A stretch of 64,000 bases of DNA from an uncultured Verrucomicrobiae bacterium (GTDB lineage: Bacteria > Verrucomicrobiota > Verrucomicrobiia > Limisphaerales > Palsa-1400): positions 2,080,001 through 2,144,000 of the forward strand of contig OY969763.1 in assembly GCA_963702845.1 (NCBI GenBank), written 5' to 3'. The position numbers and the translations under genes were made by a program. The notes under the pieces were generated by a model. The model did no database searches and had not been told where the DNA came from. It saw only the letters and a list, made by a program, of their open reading frames with translations. The number at the start of each line of letters is the position of its first letter. Position 1 is the first letter of the stretch. This document shows, in pieces, positions 41,449-52,385 of this stretch.

Positions 41449-44400
41449 TCAATTACGCGGATTCGGCGTGCCAGCCGAGAAATCTGTCGCGTTGTTATTT
41501 GTATCAGTCGCGCCATTGCCGGCGCGCAAGTCAGACGTGGTATTGGATGGGGCAGGGGCTGCGCCGGATCCTTCAAATGCGTCGGCTGTTCCGTATCCGA
41601 CAAAATCAACCACGTTCCCCGACCCGACAGGATTATCAACCGTCAGCAGCGTTTGTGTTTTGGTTAGCGCAATCTTGCCAGCCGTTGCCGACATGCTGAT
41701 CGTGCCCGTAGCTTCCGGCGTCGGGAGATTTGCGGTTCCGCCGGTGCCCGCGGCTTCCTGGATCAAGTAATAGTGCCCTGGCAAAATCGTTCCGCTCAAC
41801 GTCGTCTCTTGCCATGTTGACCCGGCTGAACTCGCGTATTGCACCGCATAAGTGCTCAGATCAACCGACGCCGTGCCTTTATTATAAAGCTCGATGAAGT
41901 CGTTTTTGTAAGTCGCGCCGCTGTTGCCACCGCCACCGTAAACCTGGCTGATCACAACAGTCCCCGTGCCATTCGTCACAGTGAAACTACTCACGCTTGT
42001 CGCCGTCCCGCCAACCGTCGTCACGCTGATAGTTCCGCTAGTCGCCCCGGTTGGCACTGTTGCCGTAATTTGCGTTGCGGAATTTACCGTAAACGTCGAG
42101 CTGGTCCCATTGAACTTCGTTGCGCTCGCGCCCGAAAAATTCGCGCCCGTGATGACAACGCTCTGGCCTACTGCCGCGCTCGTCGGAAAGAAGCCGGTGA
42201 CGGACGGTGGCAGCACGACCGTGAAACTCGCCGCACTCGAGGCAGTGCCGCCTGCCGTGGTCACGCTGATCGTGCCGGTGGTCGCGCCTGAAGGAACTGT
42301 CGCCGTAATCTGTGTCGCGGAATTGACCGTAAACGTCGTCGCGCTTGTGCCGTTGAACTTCACCGTCGTTGCACCACTAAAATTCGCACCCGTAATCGTC
42401 ACACTTGTGCCGACCGGCCCGCTCGTTGGCGAAAAGCTTGTAATCGAAGGCGGCGGAATAACGGTAAAACTACTAGCGCTCGTTGCCGTGCCACCCACAG
42501 TCGTGACGCTGATCGTTCCACTGGTCGCACTCGACGGAACGGTTGCGGTGATTTGCGTTGCCGAATTCACCGTAAACGTCGTCGCGCTGGTGCCATTAAA
42601 GTTAACCGCAGTCGCTCCGGTAAAATTGGCGCCTGTGATCGTCACACTGGTTCCAACCGGCCCGCTGCCTGGTGAGAAACTCGTGATAGACGGTGCAGGG
42701 ATCACCGTGAAGCTTGAGGCACTCGTTGCCGTGCCGCCGGCAGTTGTAATGCTGATCGTACCGCTCGTCGCGCCAGTCGGGACGGTCGCACTGACCTGCG
42801 TATCTGAATTTACGGTAAAACTTGTCGCAGTGGTTCCGTTGAATTTCACAGCCGTCGCGCCGGTAAACGCACTTCCAGTAATCGTCACGCTCGCACCGAT
42901 ACCACCGCTTGCTGGCGAAAAACTCGTGATCGAAGGCGCGGGAACCGTGACCGTAAATGACGAGGCACTGGTCGCAGTCCCGCCAGGAGTCGTCACACCG
43001 ATTGCGCCCGTCGTTGCGCCGGACGGAACCGTTGCGGTGATTTGCGTCGCCGAATTTACCGTAAAACTGGTCGCGCTCGTGCCATTGAAGGTCACCGAGG
43101 TTGCTCCACTCAAATTCGCCCCATTGATCGTGACGCTGGTCCCGGTTGGCCCGCTCGTCGGCGAAAAGCTGCTGATGCTTGGAGCAGGGGTGCCGCCGGT
43201 CGCGCTATTCCGTGGGTTCACCGTTCCCGTGGCGAAATCCGCCGCATTGTTGTCGGTGTCCGTCGCGCCATTGCCCGCGCGCAAATCTGAAGCGGTGTTT
43301 GATGGGGCAGGGGCCGCACCCGAACCTTCAAATGCATCTGCCGTTCCGTAGCCAATGAAATCGACCACGTTCGCCGTGCCCACCGGGTTGTCGATCGTCA
43401 GCACCGTTGTCGTTTTAGTCAGTGCGACTTTACCAGCCGTGCCCGACATTGAAATTGTTCCAGTCGCATCCGGCGTGGGTAAGCTGGTTGTTCCACCCGT
43501 TCCAGCGGCTTCTTGCACCAGATAGTAATGTCCGGCTGCAATTGAACCCGACAACGTTGTCGCCTGCCACGTGCTTCCGGCAGCACTCGTGTACTGAACG
43601 GCATAAGTGCTCAGGTCAACTGATGCGCTTCCTGAATTATACAATTCGATGAAATCGTTTTTGTAAGTAGCGCCGCTGTTTCCCCCGCCGCCATAAACCT
43701 GGCTGATGACAACCTTGCCGGCTCCCGTGCCACTAACCGTAAATGTTCCGGAACTCGTCCCTGTTCCTGCTGCCGTTGTTACGCTGATTGTGCCACTTGT
43801 CGCCGCACTTGGAACGGTTGCCGAAATCTGCGTATCTGAAGCGACGGTGAAATTCGCTCCCGTTCCATTAAACGCAACCGTTGTTGCGCCAGTGAACGCG
43901 CTGCCGTTAATCGTCACCGTTGCACCAGCCGAACCGCTCGTCGGCGTGAAGCCCGTGATACTCGGCGCTGGTGTTCCGCCGCTAACTGTAAAGCTGCTCG
44001 AACTCGTAGCCACACCACCTCCGGTCGTGACACTGATCGGTCCCGTGCTGCTTCCCGTCGCAACAGTCGCCGTGATCTGCGTAGCAGAATTAACAGTAAA
44101 CGACGTCGCATCCGTCCCGTTGAAACGCACAAACGACGCACCCGTGAATCCAGTGCCGCTGATCGTCACACTCTGCCCAACCGGTCCGCTCGTCGGTGAA
44201 AAGCTCGTTATTGTCGGCGTCGGTGGCGCACTTCCGCCCGCATCATTTTTGGCGCGCAACGTTGCTGCAAGCGTCGCATCCAGTGCAGTGAAAAAGGTAT
44301 AGCCAGTGTCCGCCTGAATCTGGTTTGGAGTCGTATTATAATTTGTCCAGTTAACGCTGCGAATGCCTTGAATGTTCGGCATCTTCACCGTGATCACGCG

Positions 44401-45073
44401 CGTGCTCGCATTGATACGGCTGATCGCCGAACCTGAACCGCCCGGAACGACCACGATGATCTTCCACGTGTAACCAGGAATCGCCGCTTTACCGCTTGGC
44501 TGAATCCGTGAGCCGTTGAAACTGCTCGGGCCGCAAACAATCAACAACTCATTCCCAGATTGCGCCAACGTGCGGCAATAAGTCTCCAAAGCTTCCCACG
44601 GTCCCTGATTATTATCCGGCGCCTGCGGCATTATGTTCGACATATAGAACACCAGGTCGTTGTCCGTGGTGTTATCGGTCCGATCCGCCGAAGGACAATT
44701 GTGTCCGCGATCATAACCCGAGCTCGTGTAATCGCTCGAAGTCACATGATAGAAACCTGACGGCAGCGTGCTATCGGTGAAAAACGAACTCGCATCGGCC
44801 GGACGAACCAATATCCGCCGCAGTTAGATCCCAACTGGCCCAATTCGGTTCGCCGTTACTGTCGCTGTAATCAATGGCTTGGACCGTCCGCTGAATTAGA
44901 TAATGGCTGTGGTTATTAGCATCCGTGGTTGCGCCGCTCGGATTGCCAAGCTGCATTTGCAACGTGGCGTCGATAATCGCCGATGCGTTGAATGCCGTAT
45001 AAAACAGCAAAACCACCGAGACGAGAACGCTGGACGCGACATGAGTACAGGACATCAGGGGACGTTTGTGCAT
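41449..45073 (-). CDS. Large secreted NucA-like endonuclease: NUC-IPT x2-LTD-IPT x5-LTD; frameshift near 44795
   Basis: ORF 44771..45112 (signal peptide, LGNPSGA, PNWASW) plus ORF 41449..44811 (DRGH, seven P.ITSFSP.SG..G..VTI.G repeats, two ISQVYGGGGN domains). Confidence 0.92.
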
Positions 45074-45145
45074 AGTGGTAACGGAGTTCGAAGTTAGTCT
45101 TGGTTTTAACACTTCGTTGTTTGACGGAACCGAGGGAACGCGCCC

Positions 45146-45174
45146 ATCTCAAGTTTTTTTCAGGATTCTGTCAA
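45146..45174 (-). promoter_or_regulatory. Candidate promoter TTGACA-N17-TGAGAT of the long nuclease
   Basis: Boxes and spacing conserved with 41253..41281 while the spacer sequence has diverged. Confidence 0.6.
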
Positions 45175-45280
45175 GCTGTTAGCGCAGAAAATAATTTTCA
45201 GACAGAAGATGAGCACCGGTAATCAAAAACGGACCAGAGCCGCGGCATTCACTCCGCTTCAACGAAGAGAAGAAACCGTG

Positions 45281-46505
45281 TCAAATCAACATCGCGACAA
45301 TGGCTGCCGCGATCAGGTTTGCCGCCGTGCCAGCGAGCATGGCGCGAAAACCGAGCCTCGCTAAATCTCCCTTGCGTTCCGGCGCGAGCGCGCCAATCCC
45401 GCCAATCTGGATGCCGATCGAACTGAGGTTCGCAAATCCACACAGAGCATACGTCGCAATCACGAATGACCGCGGATCAATCTGCGTGTTCATCGGTCCA
45501 AGTTGCCCGTAAGCAATCAATTCATTGCCCACCATTCGAATGCCAAGGAGAGATCCGACGTTGCTCGCGTCTTTCCACGGCACACCAATCAGCCACGCAA
45601 TAGGCGCAAAAATCCATCCGAGCACGACCTGCAAATCTTTCGGGAACCACACGGCAAACCCGTGAACCCAACCCATAAGCCCATTGAGCAAAGCGATCAG
45701 CGCGAGAAATGCGATCAACATAGCTGCGACGTTGATAGCCAGGTTCAACCCGTCGAATGTCCCGTGAGCGACGGCGCCGAGCACATTTCCGTGCTTTGGG
45801 TTTGCGGAGTCCTGCAAACGCACATTCTGGCCGCTGACAGGATCTTCTGTTTCCGGAATCAAGATTTTCGAAACGAGGAATGTCGCTGGTGCCGCCATAA
45901 TGACCGCCGCAAGCAAATGCTTCGCCTCAACGCCAAAACCGATGTAGGCGACCATAATGCCGGCGCTGATGTGCGCCATTCCGGAGGTCATCACTGTCAA
46001 TCAACTCCGACTCCGTTAGCTTTGAGATCAGCGGTCGAATCGTCAGCGGCGCTTCCGTTTGTCCCATGAATGTGCTCGCGGCAACACTGAACGACTCCGC
46101 GCCACTCACCCCCATCAATCGCACCATGACCCACGCCGCCCCGCGAATGATCGCCTGCATGATCCCGAAGTGATAAAGCACCGCAAAAAATGCTGCGATG
46201 AAGATGATTGTTGGCAAAACATAGAATGCGAAGACGAAGCCGGCTTTACCCGCCGGATCTGCAAGCGAACCAAAAACGAACGTAGCTCCAACATTGGCGT
46301 AGCTCAGCAGCTTGTTGACTACATCACCCGCCCCCGACATAAATCGCTCGCCTGTCGTCCAACGCAACACGAGGAGTCCGAAGATAAACTGCAGGCCAAT
46401 TCCCCACACCACCGTCTTCCATTTGATCGCTTTTCGATTGGTGGAAAAGGCAAAGCAAACCGCGAGAATCACCGTTATTCCCAGGATGCTGATGAGTCGT
46501 TCCAT
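45281..46505 (-). CDS. nupC: Concentrative nucleoside transporter (CNT/NupC family), frameshift near 46000
   Basis: FSTNRKAIKW, VLPTIIF, FMGQTEAPL, GNELIAY and ALCGFANLSSIGIQIGGIG.LAPER motifs. Confidence 0.92.
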
Positions 46506-47875
46506 TTAGGGGGCTTGGGGATCTTCCAGCCGGGTTCGCACGAATCTGATGTGTCCGCGCAACGTGTAATATTGATCGGCAAACGAAGCGGGCACTTTGA
46601 TCTTGCTGACGTGTTCTTCGATTTCGTTCAGCCGCGCAAGAAGCTCACCGGGCGGTAGTGGACCCACTGGGTACAACAGGTCACGCTCAACTGCCAGCAA
46701 CGCGCGATACCACCGAAACAGTTTCAACTTGGTCTTCCACTGCAACAATTTTGGAACGAGTCGCAGCGCTGGCACTAAAAGCACAATGGCGGGAATAAAC
46801 ACCAGCACCACGCGGTTGACGACGTTTGCCAGCCAGAACGGGAGATAGTTATAGGTTAAACTTTTGCCGCCACGATTGTAATATCGCGCCGCCTCACTGC
46901 TGATCGGCACATCCAGTTTTAGCGGCTTCGGGAATTCCTCCTTGCGCGCCAACAAAGACGAACCGCCATGAACCTTCTTTGCCTCTTCGATCACCAAGTC
47001 TACCAGGGCCGGATGCAACTTCTCGCGTCCCAGTAACTCCACGGTCGGTGCAACCAGGTAAATGGTTTCGCGCGGCAGGTTCGCTGCGAGATCCAGCGAG
47101 CCCATCGGTAACTCTACTTTGTTCAAATAACTAATGCGCCGCGCGTAAGCGTCCGCCTGGGTGAAACTGAACAGTTTAATATCGGCGTGGCGCAACAAAT
47201 TTGTCATTACCTGCCGTGGCGCAGAGTCGCCGGTTAAAAATACGGCATCTGAATTACTGGCAAGCAGCGCCTGGGCTGCCGCACTTGCCTCAACGTCGAG
47301 AAAGGTCGTGTTCGCCGCAGTCACAGCGTTGCTGGCCAGGAGACTCGTCGCCAATATTCTGGTCCCGCTGCCCGGAGCCCCAACCGCCAGCCGTTTGCCT
47401 TTGAATTGGGAAAGCAACGTGAGATTCGTTTCCGCGCGATAAAAAACGAACAACGGCTGATACGCAACACTCCCCAATGACACGACGTGCTTCGCGACGC
47501 TGTTCGTAATTCCGCTTTGCACGAATGCCATGTCCACTCCTAAAGTTTGCTCGGTCAACCTTTGCAGGTTTTCTTGCGAGCCGTGCGAACGTCAAAATGT
47601 GCACAGTGATATGATTGCTCGCGAGTCGAATCTGATAATTGGTGGCGTAGTCTCCAAAACATGCTGTCCTCCGGCCCGGCGCTGATCGTGATTACTTTCG
47701 GCGGCGCAAGATGGATGAAATACCAGACGGCCAGACCTACGATGCCTGCGAAGATGGCCAGGGCCAGGGCGGCGAGGCTGCGGCTCAATCCGAACAGTTC
47801 GGTAAACGGCCTCAGTATCCGCGAACCGAATGTGTTGCGACTCTGGTTGTCCACTCGCGAAATGTTTGCGGCCAT
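46506..47875 (-). CDS. TAXI-family TRAP-type solute-binding protein with N- and C-terminal TM helices; frameshifted near 47550-47640
   Basis: PPKVITISAGPEDS, GSQENL, DMAFVQSG, LGSVAYQPL, KGKRLAVGAPGSGT and YLPFWLA motifs. Confidence 0.8.
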
Positions 47876-47900
47876 GCTGTGGAAGTCAAACGCAATCGCG

Positions 47901-49241
47901 TCAAATGCTGCATGGCGCGAGAATTGCGGTGCTCATGCCGTGAATGATTTTCTTGTCCGCCGGACAGATGGTCGCGAGCACGCCACCGAGCGTCGCACGG
48001 GCGGCGTCGCCGTCGCCTTTGACAAAATAGTAAGGACACAAACGAACGCGACCCGGCATTGTGACGAGTTCGTTTTTATCGAAGTCGTAATAATGCGCTT
48101 CAGCCAGGCGCGGCTTGTGGAACTTTTGCAAAACGTATGGAGACGTCGGAAATGAACGCAGGGCTTCTTCGACGGCAGCGCTCCATTCGGTCGTCGAGAG
48201 ATCGCTGCCGAGATAGACGCCGCGCGCACCCCAGGCTTTTTCGGAAAAGCCGGAGACCTTCAGAATCAGATTGCGCTCCTTCTGTGACATCGTTTCCAAC
48301 TCGCGCCAGTCGGCTAGATTCAGTTCGGGAATGGCAGCTTGCGGCGGCAACGGCGAAGGGTCGACCATCCAGGTGTATGGCACAGCTTGCTTGAGGCGCT
48401 CGAAGAAACGTTCTCCAAGTTCTTGTCGCCAGAAGTTGCGCAGGTGGCGATTCCACAAAAGGGCAAAGAGCATCTTTTCTTCAAACATCGGCTTCGGCGG
48501 CGGTGTCAGCCGGATTTTCTTTTCTTGTGCCAGTTCGAAAATTGTTTTCGCGTTAGGAACATTCGAGACATCGAATAGTTCAAAAAAACGATAGGCCGCG
48601 TCGCCTTCGTTGAAGTCTTTGAAATTTGTATCGTGGACCTGAAAGCGGTCGCCAAGTTTTTGGCAGACCCATTCCATTTCGGGTCGATAGGTCTTTGCTT
48701 CTTCGGAAATGGTGATGTGAACGGTTTTGGCATCGCCAAAAATCGAGGCGAAACCTTCGAGCATGCCGTTGCTGTTTCCGAGGACAGTGCGCGCGGCCGG
48801 AATTTCGGAATAGGTTTCGTTGAGCCACGCGGTCAGACCGATACCGCCAGGAACGCTGTCGAGTTCGGTGATGCAGAAGGACGGCGCAGCGCGACCGTCG
48901 CTACCTTCGGTCAAAATGACGTCAGGACGAATGACGCGCGGGAGTTCGTTTTTGAAAGCGTTGGAGCGCTGAAGCTCGATGAGTTCAGTGGGCTTGCCGC
49001 GATCAAGCCATTCGGCGACCCACGCCGGTTGTTTGCCCGCGGCGCTTTGGCGATAGAGCAGGTTGACGGCGCGATTAAATTGCAACAGGACGCGGCCGAG
49101 ATTTTCCAATTCAGTGGCGAGTTCAGAGCCAAGCGGAAATGGAGCAGGGGAGATGCGCCAATCCTGGCCGGCAAAAAGGCCGGAGGCGGGCATCTTTTCG
49201 CGCACGCGACGCGCGGCGTCGGATGGTGATATGGTATGCAT
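47901..49241 (-). CDS. ATP-grasp-like ligase (glutathionylspermidine-synthase/circularly permuted type)
   Basis: IRPDVIL, ITELDSVPGGIG, EEKMLFALLW, LILK.SG.S..AWGARGV.LG and YVLQKF motifs. Confidence 0.65.
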   Translation of the reverse strand: MHTISPSDAARRVREKMPASGLFAGQDWRISPAPFPLGSELATELENLGRVLLQFNRAVNLLYRQSAAGKQPAWVAEWLDRGKPTELIELQRSNAFKNELPRVIRPDVILTEGSDGRAAPSFCITELDSVPGGIGLTAWLNETYSEIPAARTVLGNSNGMLEGFASIFGDAKTVHITISEEAKTYRPEMEWVCQKLGDRFQVHDTNFKDFNEGDAAYRFFELFDVSNVPNAKTIFELAQEKKIRLTPPPKPMFEEKMLFALLWNRHLRNFWRQELGERFFERLKQAVPYTWMVDPSPLPPQAAIPELNLADWRELETMSQKERNLILKVSGFSEKAWGARGVYLGSDLSTTEWSAAVEEALRSFPTSPYVLQKFHKPRLAEAHYYDFDKNELVTMPGRVRLCPYYFVKGDGDAARATLGGVLATICPADKKIIHGMSTAILAPCSI

Positions 49242-49254
49242 GGGCACGATTCCT

Positions 49255-50531
49255 CTAGGTCCGCAACTGACCGTTGCCGAACCCAATCCATTTATACGTT
49301 GTTAATTCGTCGAGCCCCATAGGGCCGCGCGCGCCAATCTTATCGGTACTAATGCCGATTTCCGCGCCCATGCCGAATTCGCCGCCATCGGTAAAGCGGG
49401 TCGATGCGTTCCAGTAAACTGCGGCGGAATCGACATCGGCCAGAAATTGCTTCGCGTGCGCTTCGTTTTTCGTGACGATGGTGTCGGAATGGGACGAGCC
49501 GTAATTGATTAATATGGTCGACGGCTTCGGTGATGCCGTTGACGACGCGCAGATTTAAAATGTAGTCGAGGTATTCGTTGGACCAGTCCTTCTCAGTGGC
49601 GGATTTCAAATTTGAGATTTGAGATTTGAGCATGGACTGAGCAGCGTCATCGGCGCGGACTTCGACTTTATTGTCGTTGAGCTTTTGAGCCAGCGGACGG
49701 GAGAAATTTCGATGCAACCGATTTGTCCACGAGCAAAGTTTCCATCGCGTTGCAAACGCCCGGCCGCTGGCACTTGGCGTTAATCACGATTTCTTCGGCC
49801 ATCTTCAGATCAGCGTCGGCATCCACGTAAACGTGGCAGACGCCTTTGTAATGTTTGATGACGGGCACCTTGGAACATTCAGTAACGGCGCGAATGAGAC
49901 CTTCGCCGCCGCGAGGCATGCAAAGGTCGACGAATTGCGTGAGGGACAGGAGTTCTTTGATGGCGTCGCGATCGGTCGTGGGGACGACTTGAATGGCGTG
50001 CTCGGGGAAATTCTTCAAGTGCTTGGCCGCGGCATTGAGCATGACTTCGGCGATCGCCTGGTTCGAATGAATAGCTTCTTTACCGCCACGCAGAATGGTC
50101 GCGTTGCCGGATTTGAAACAGAGGCTGGCGGCGTCGGCAGTGACGTTGGGACGTGATTCGTAAATGATGACGACGACGCCAATGGGCGTGGAAATCTTTT
50201 GGAGGCGCAGGCCGTTGGGACGGGTGCGTTCGTCGAGGGTTCTTCCAACTGGATCGGGCAAGGCCGCCACTTCGCGCAGGCCTTTGGCCATGCCAGCGAC
50301 GCGTTTGTCGTCGAGTTTCAGCCGGTCGAGCATCGCACCGGAAAGGCCGGCTTTGGCGCCCGCTTCCATGTCGCAGGCGTTTGCCTTTTGGATGGCGGCG
50401 CGGTTTTGTTCGATGGCATCGGCCATGGCGAGCAAACAGGAGTTTTTCTCCGCCGTGGTCAGCTTAGCTAATTGACGCGAAGCGGCCTTGGCTTGTCGGG
50501 CCAATTGCGTCATTTGCTCTGTCAAAGTCAT
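49255..50531 (-). CDS. proA: Gamma-glutamyl phosphate reductase, two frameshifts (about 49700 and about 49500)
   Basis: [63 protein letters not shown] and [19 protein letters not shown] motifs. Confidence 0.95.
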
Positions 50532-50598
50532 AACTGCCAAATTAAACCAAAACGAGGAAGTTGGAAGGCGGAAATTTGGTTTGGAGAAGGCGGAACGT

Positions 50599-50860
50599 CC
50601 AACGCAAAGGCGCGAAGATGCAAAGGCGCAACCAAAGTCGAGGGGTCGAAGGTCGAAAGTCGAGAGCCAAAATGGAGCCGAGAGCCAATTGGAAAAATTT
50701 TGCCACAAATGCGCAACTTTTCCAGATAGCACTGCGAAGATGCAAAGAGGATTTGAAACACGGATCGGAGAAATGATGGGGGTGTGTTGTGGATTGTGGT
50801 TCATAACATCTTTTGGTTTTGGTGGGAAAAAGTGAGAAAAGGTTGGAAAAGATTGGATTT
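50599..50860. repeat. Patch of short degenerate tandem repeats (7-, 8- and 10-bp periods)
   Basis: GCAAAGGC-like units at about 50604-50630; GTCGARR heptamers at about 50637-50666; GGTGGGAAAA/AGTGAGAAAA/GGTTGGAAAA/GATTGGATTT at 50821-50860. Confidence 0.7.
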
Positions 50861-51055
50861 GGGATGAACGGACGGGTGTTGACGGTCTAGGCAGCCATGT
50901 GTCGGGAAGGTTGAAGGCAAGCTTTGACGGATTGGCGGCGACGGTGGGGCGGATTTTGGCTTTGCCAATGAAGTTGGCGGCGGCTTGTGCGGCGAAGAAG
51001 GTTGTCAGTGTGTTCAGTTGATTTGTGGTTTTCATAAATATTTTTTCTTTTTTTG

Positions 51056-51115
51056 GCGTTATGAAGCGTTATAAGCCGTTATGAGGCGTTATGACCCGTG
51101 ATTTTGCGTTATGGT
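51056..51115. repeat. 10-bp-period tandem array (SCGTTAT core, 6 units)
   Basis: GCGTTATGAA GCGTTATAAG CCGTTATGAG GCGTTATGAC CCGTGATTTT GCGTTATGGT. Confidence 0.85.
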
Positions 51116-51622
51116 GTTTCGGGTCCTCGCCCGGAGACCAGGAGTCGGGAATGCCGAAGGGAAGGCGGACGGCTTGTTCGCCGAATGGCGTCGGGTCGGT
51201 GGGGTGACTGGCCGAGAATTTTTCGCGGATGAGTCCGATCTTTTGCTGACGTTGGCTTTCGAGAACCTGGTGTTGATGAGGCAGGCGGTTTCGACGGGTT
51301 CTTGTTTTCGAAGCCACTCGGCGTGGCCACTTTTGACCCAACGGAGAATGTTGTAGGTGTTAAACCCGGAATGGCCTTTTTCGGCGAGTTGTTCGCAGAT
51401 TTTGGAGTAGGGGACGTGGCCGGAAAGCGACTTGTTGACGAAGGTGCGGATTTCGACGGGGAATTCGGTGATTTTGCTGCGGTGAGCACGTTTCGATCGG
51501 AGGGCGTTGGCCTTGGTCAGGACGGCAGGCTCGGAGGCTTGCGCTACGGGGAATGCCTGGCTCGTTTCAGGTGCGGCTTCGGCGCATGGCACGGCGACGG
51601 TGTTGGTTGATTCGGTCTTCAT
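51089..51622 (-). CDS. DUF3486/phage Mu gp27-like small DNA-binding protein, probably degenerate at its 3' end
   Basis: RSKITEFPVEIRTFVNKSL...PYSKICEQL...NILRW..SGHAEWL resembles the K(I/V)..LP..IR N-terminal HTH pattern of that family; low-complexity tail. Confidence 0.5.
   Translation of the reverse strand: MKTESTNTVAVPCAEAAPETSQAFPVAQASEPAVLTKANALRSKRAHRSKITEFPVEIRTFVNKSLSGHVPYSKICEQLAEKGHSGFNTYNILRWVKSGHAEWLRKQEPVETACLINTRFSKANVSKRSDSSAKNSRPVTPPTRRHSANKPSAFPSAFPTPGLRARTRNTITQNHGS
51523..51547 (-). repeat. GTAG-type REP-like palindrome embedded in frame
   Basis: GTAGCGCAAGCCTCCGAGCCTGCCG on the minus strand, encoding VAQASEPA. Confidence 0.55.
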
Positions 51623-51656
51623 ATAAAATTATTTATTGAGGAGAAGTGTAACAACG

Positions 51657-51683
51657 TCACTTGGACAAAGGCTGTCCAAGTGA
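51657..51683. promoter_or_regulatory. Perfect 11-bp inverted repeat, possible operator
   Basis: TCACTTGGACA-AAGGC-TGTCCAAGTGA, 35 bp upstream of the 51622 start. Confidence 0.55.
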
Positions 51684-51863
51684 AAATATTTTTGCAGAAA
51701 GTTTGCGCAGGGTGGGAATGATTCCAATTTGTTTATCAGGAGGATGTTGCGCGTATCGTTTCGGCTGAGGGGATGGGAGAAGACGATTTTTGAGCCTCCG
51801 ACAACGGAACAAATTGTTTTGGCGCACGCTGCCGCGAGCTACGTCGGCTGCTACGAGGTTTTA

Positions 51864-51892
51864 TTGACAGTGCTAAAATTGAGGCATACGGT
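51864..51892 (+). promoter_or_regulatory. Sigma70-type promoter candidate
   Basis: TTGACA-N17-TACGGT, followed by a perfect 12-bp inverted repeat at 51904..51931. Confidence 0.55.
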
Positions 51893-51978
51893 GGGGCTAC
51901 TGATGAAAGTCGGAAAGTATTCCGACTTTCACGTTCACTTATGAGATTGGGCGGAAAGAAGGAGTATATAATTATATA

Positions 51979-52380
51979 GTTAGGTGTCTTGTCGCATGTA
52001 TGAGCCAGCAGATGTCACTCGAGCAAAAAGAGCTATATCAACGCGTTGATGAGGTGTTGCACTATTTGTGGGACCCCATTGGCGTCTCCGACGTGCCCGA
52101 AGCTCGTGACGAGTATCATGCGTATTTGCCGCAGGTATTCTCTCTACTCGTCCGGCGAGCCAACGCACAGGAGATCATTGATTTTCTTGACCACACTGCG
52201 ATAGAGACGATGGGTCTTTCCGACACTGAGCCGGGTCGCGAACGTTCCAAGGAGGTCGTCAGCACTTTAGAGAATTGGCGAGAGGCTATCCGTGAGCGTT
52301 ACAACCGAAACACTTAACGAGCGCGCTGGAGGCAAGGGCGGGGTCGCCGTTCTGTGGCATGCTGCACGCGCCCGCGGCGG
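51979..52380 (+). mobile_element. Integron-type gene cassette with truncated attC
   Basis: GTTAGGT core site at 51979, single ORF, inverse core ACTTAAC at 52312-52318 overlapping the stop codon, then a GC-rich attC-like left arm; right arm missing. Confidence 0.6.
52000..52317 (+). CDS. Hypothetical protein with WDPIG...DEY motif (DUF1871/YugE-like)
   Basis: VLHYLWDPIGVSDVPEARDEYHAYLPQV. Confidence 0.75.
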   Translation: MSQQMSLEQKELYQRVDEVLHYLWDPIGVSDVPEARDEYHAYLPQVFSLLVRRANAQEIIDFLDHTAIETMGLSDTEPGRERSKEVVSTLENWREAIRERYNRNT

Positions 52381-52385
52381 CTGTT

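Noticed and set aside
41966..44302. Long plus-strand Val/Pro-rich ORFs (461 aa, 198 aa)
   Set aside because: Antisense shadows of Thr/Gly/Ser-rich IPT repeats
39807..45073. Diversity-generating retroelement (template/variable repeat) between nuclease paralogs
   Set aside because: No reverse transcriptase; differences are mostly synonymous and not adenine-specific
50532..51035. 168-aa N-terminal extension of ProA (ORF 49668..51035)
   Set aside because: ProA homology starts at MTLTEQM (50531); the upstream frame runs through short tandem repeats and reads as low-complexity
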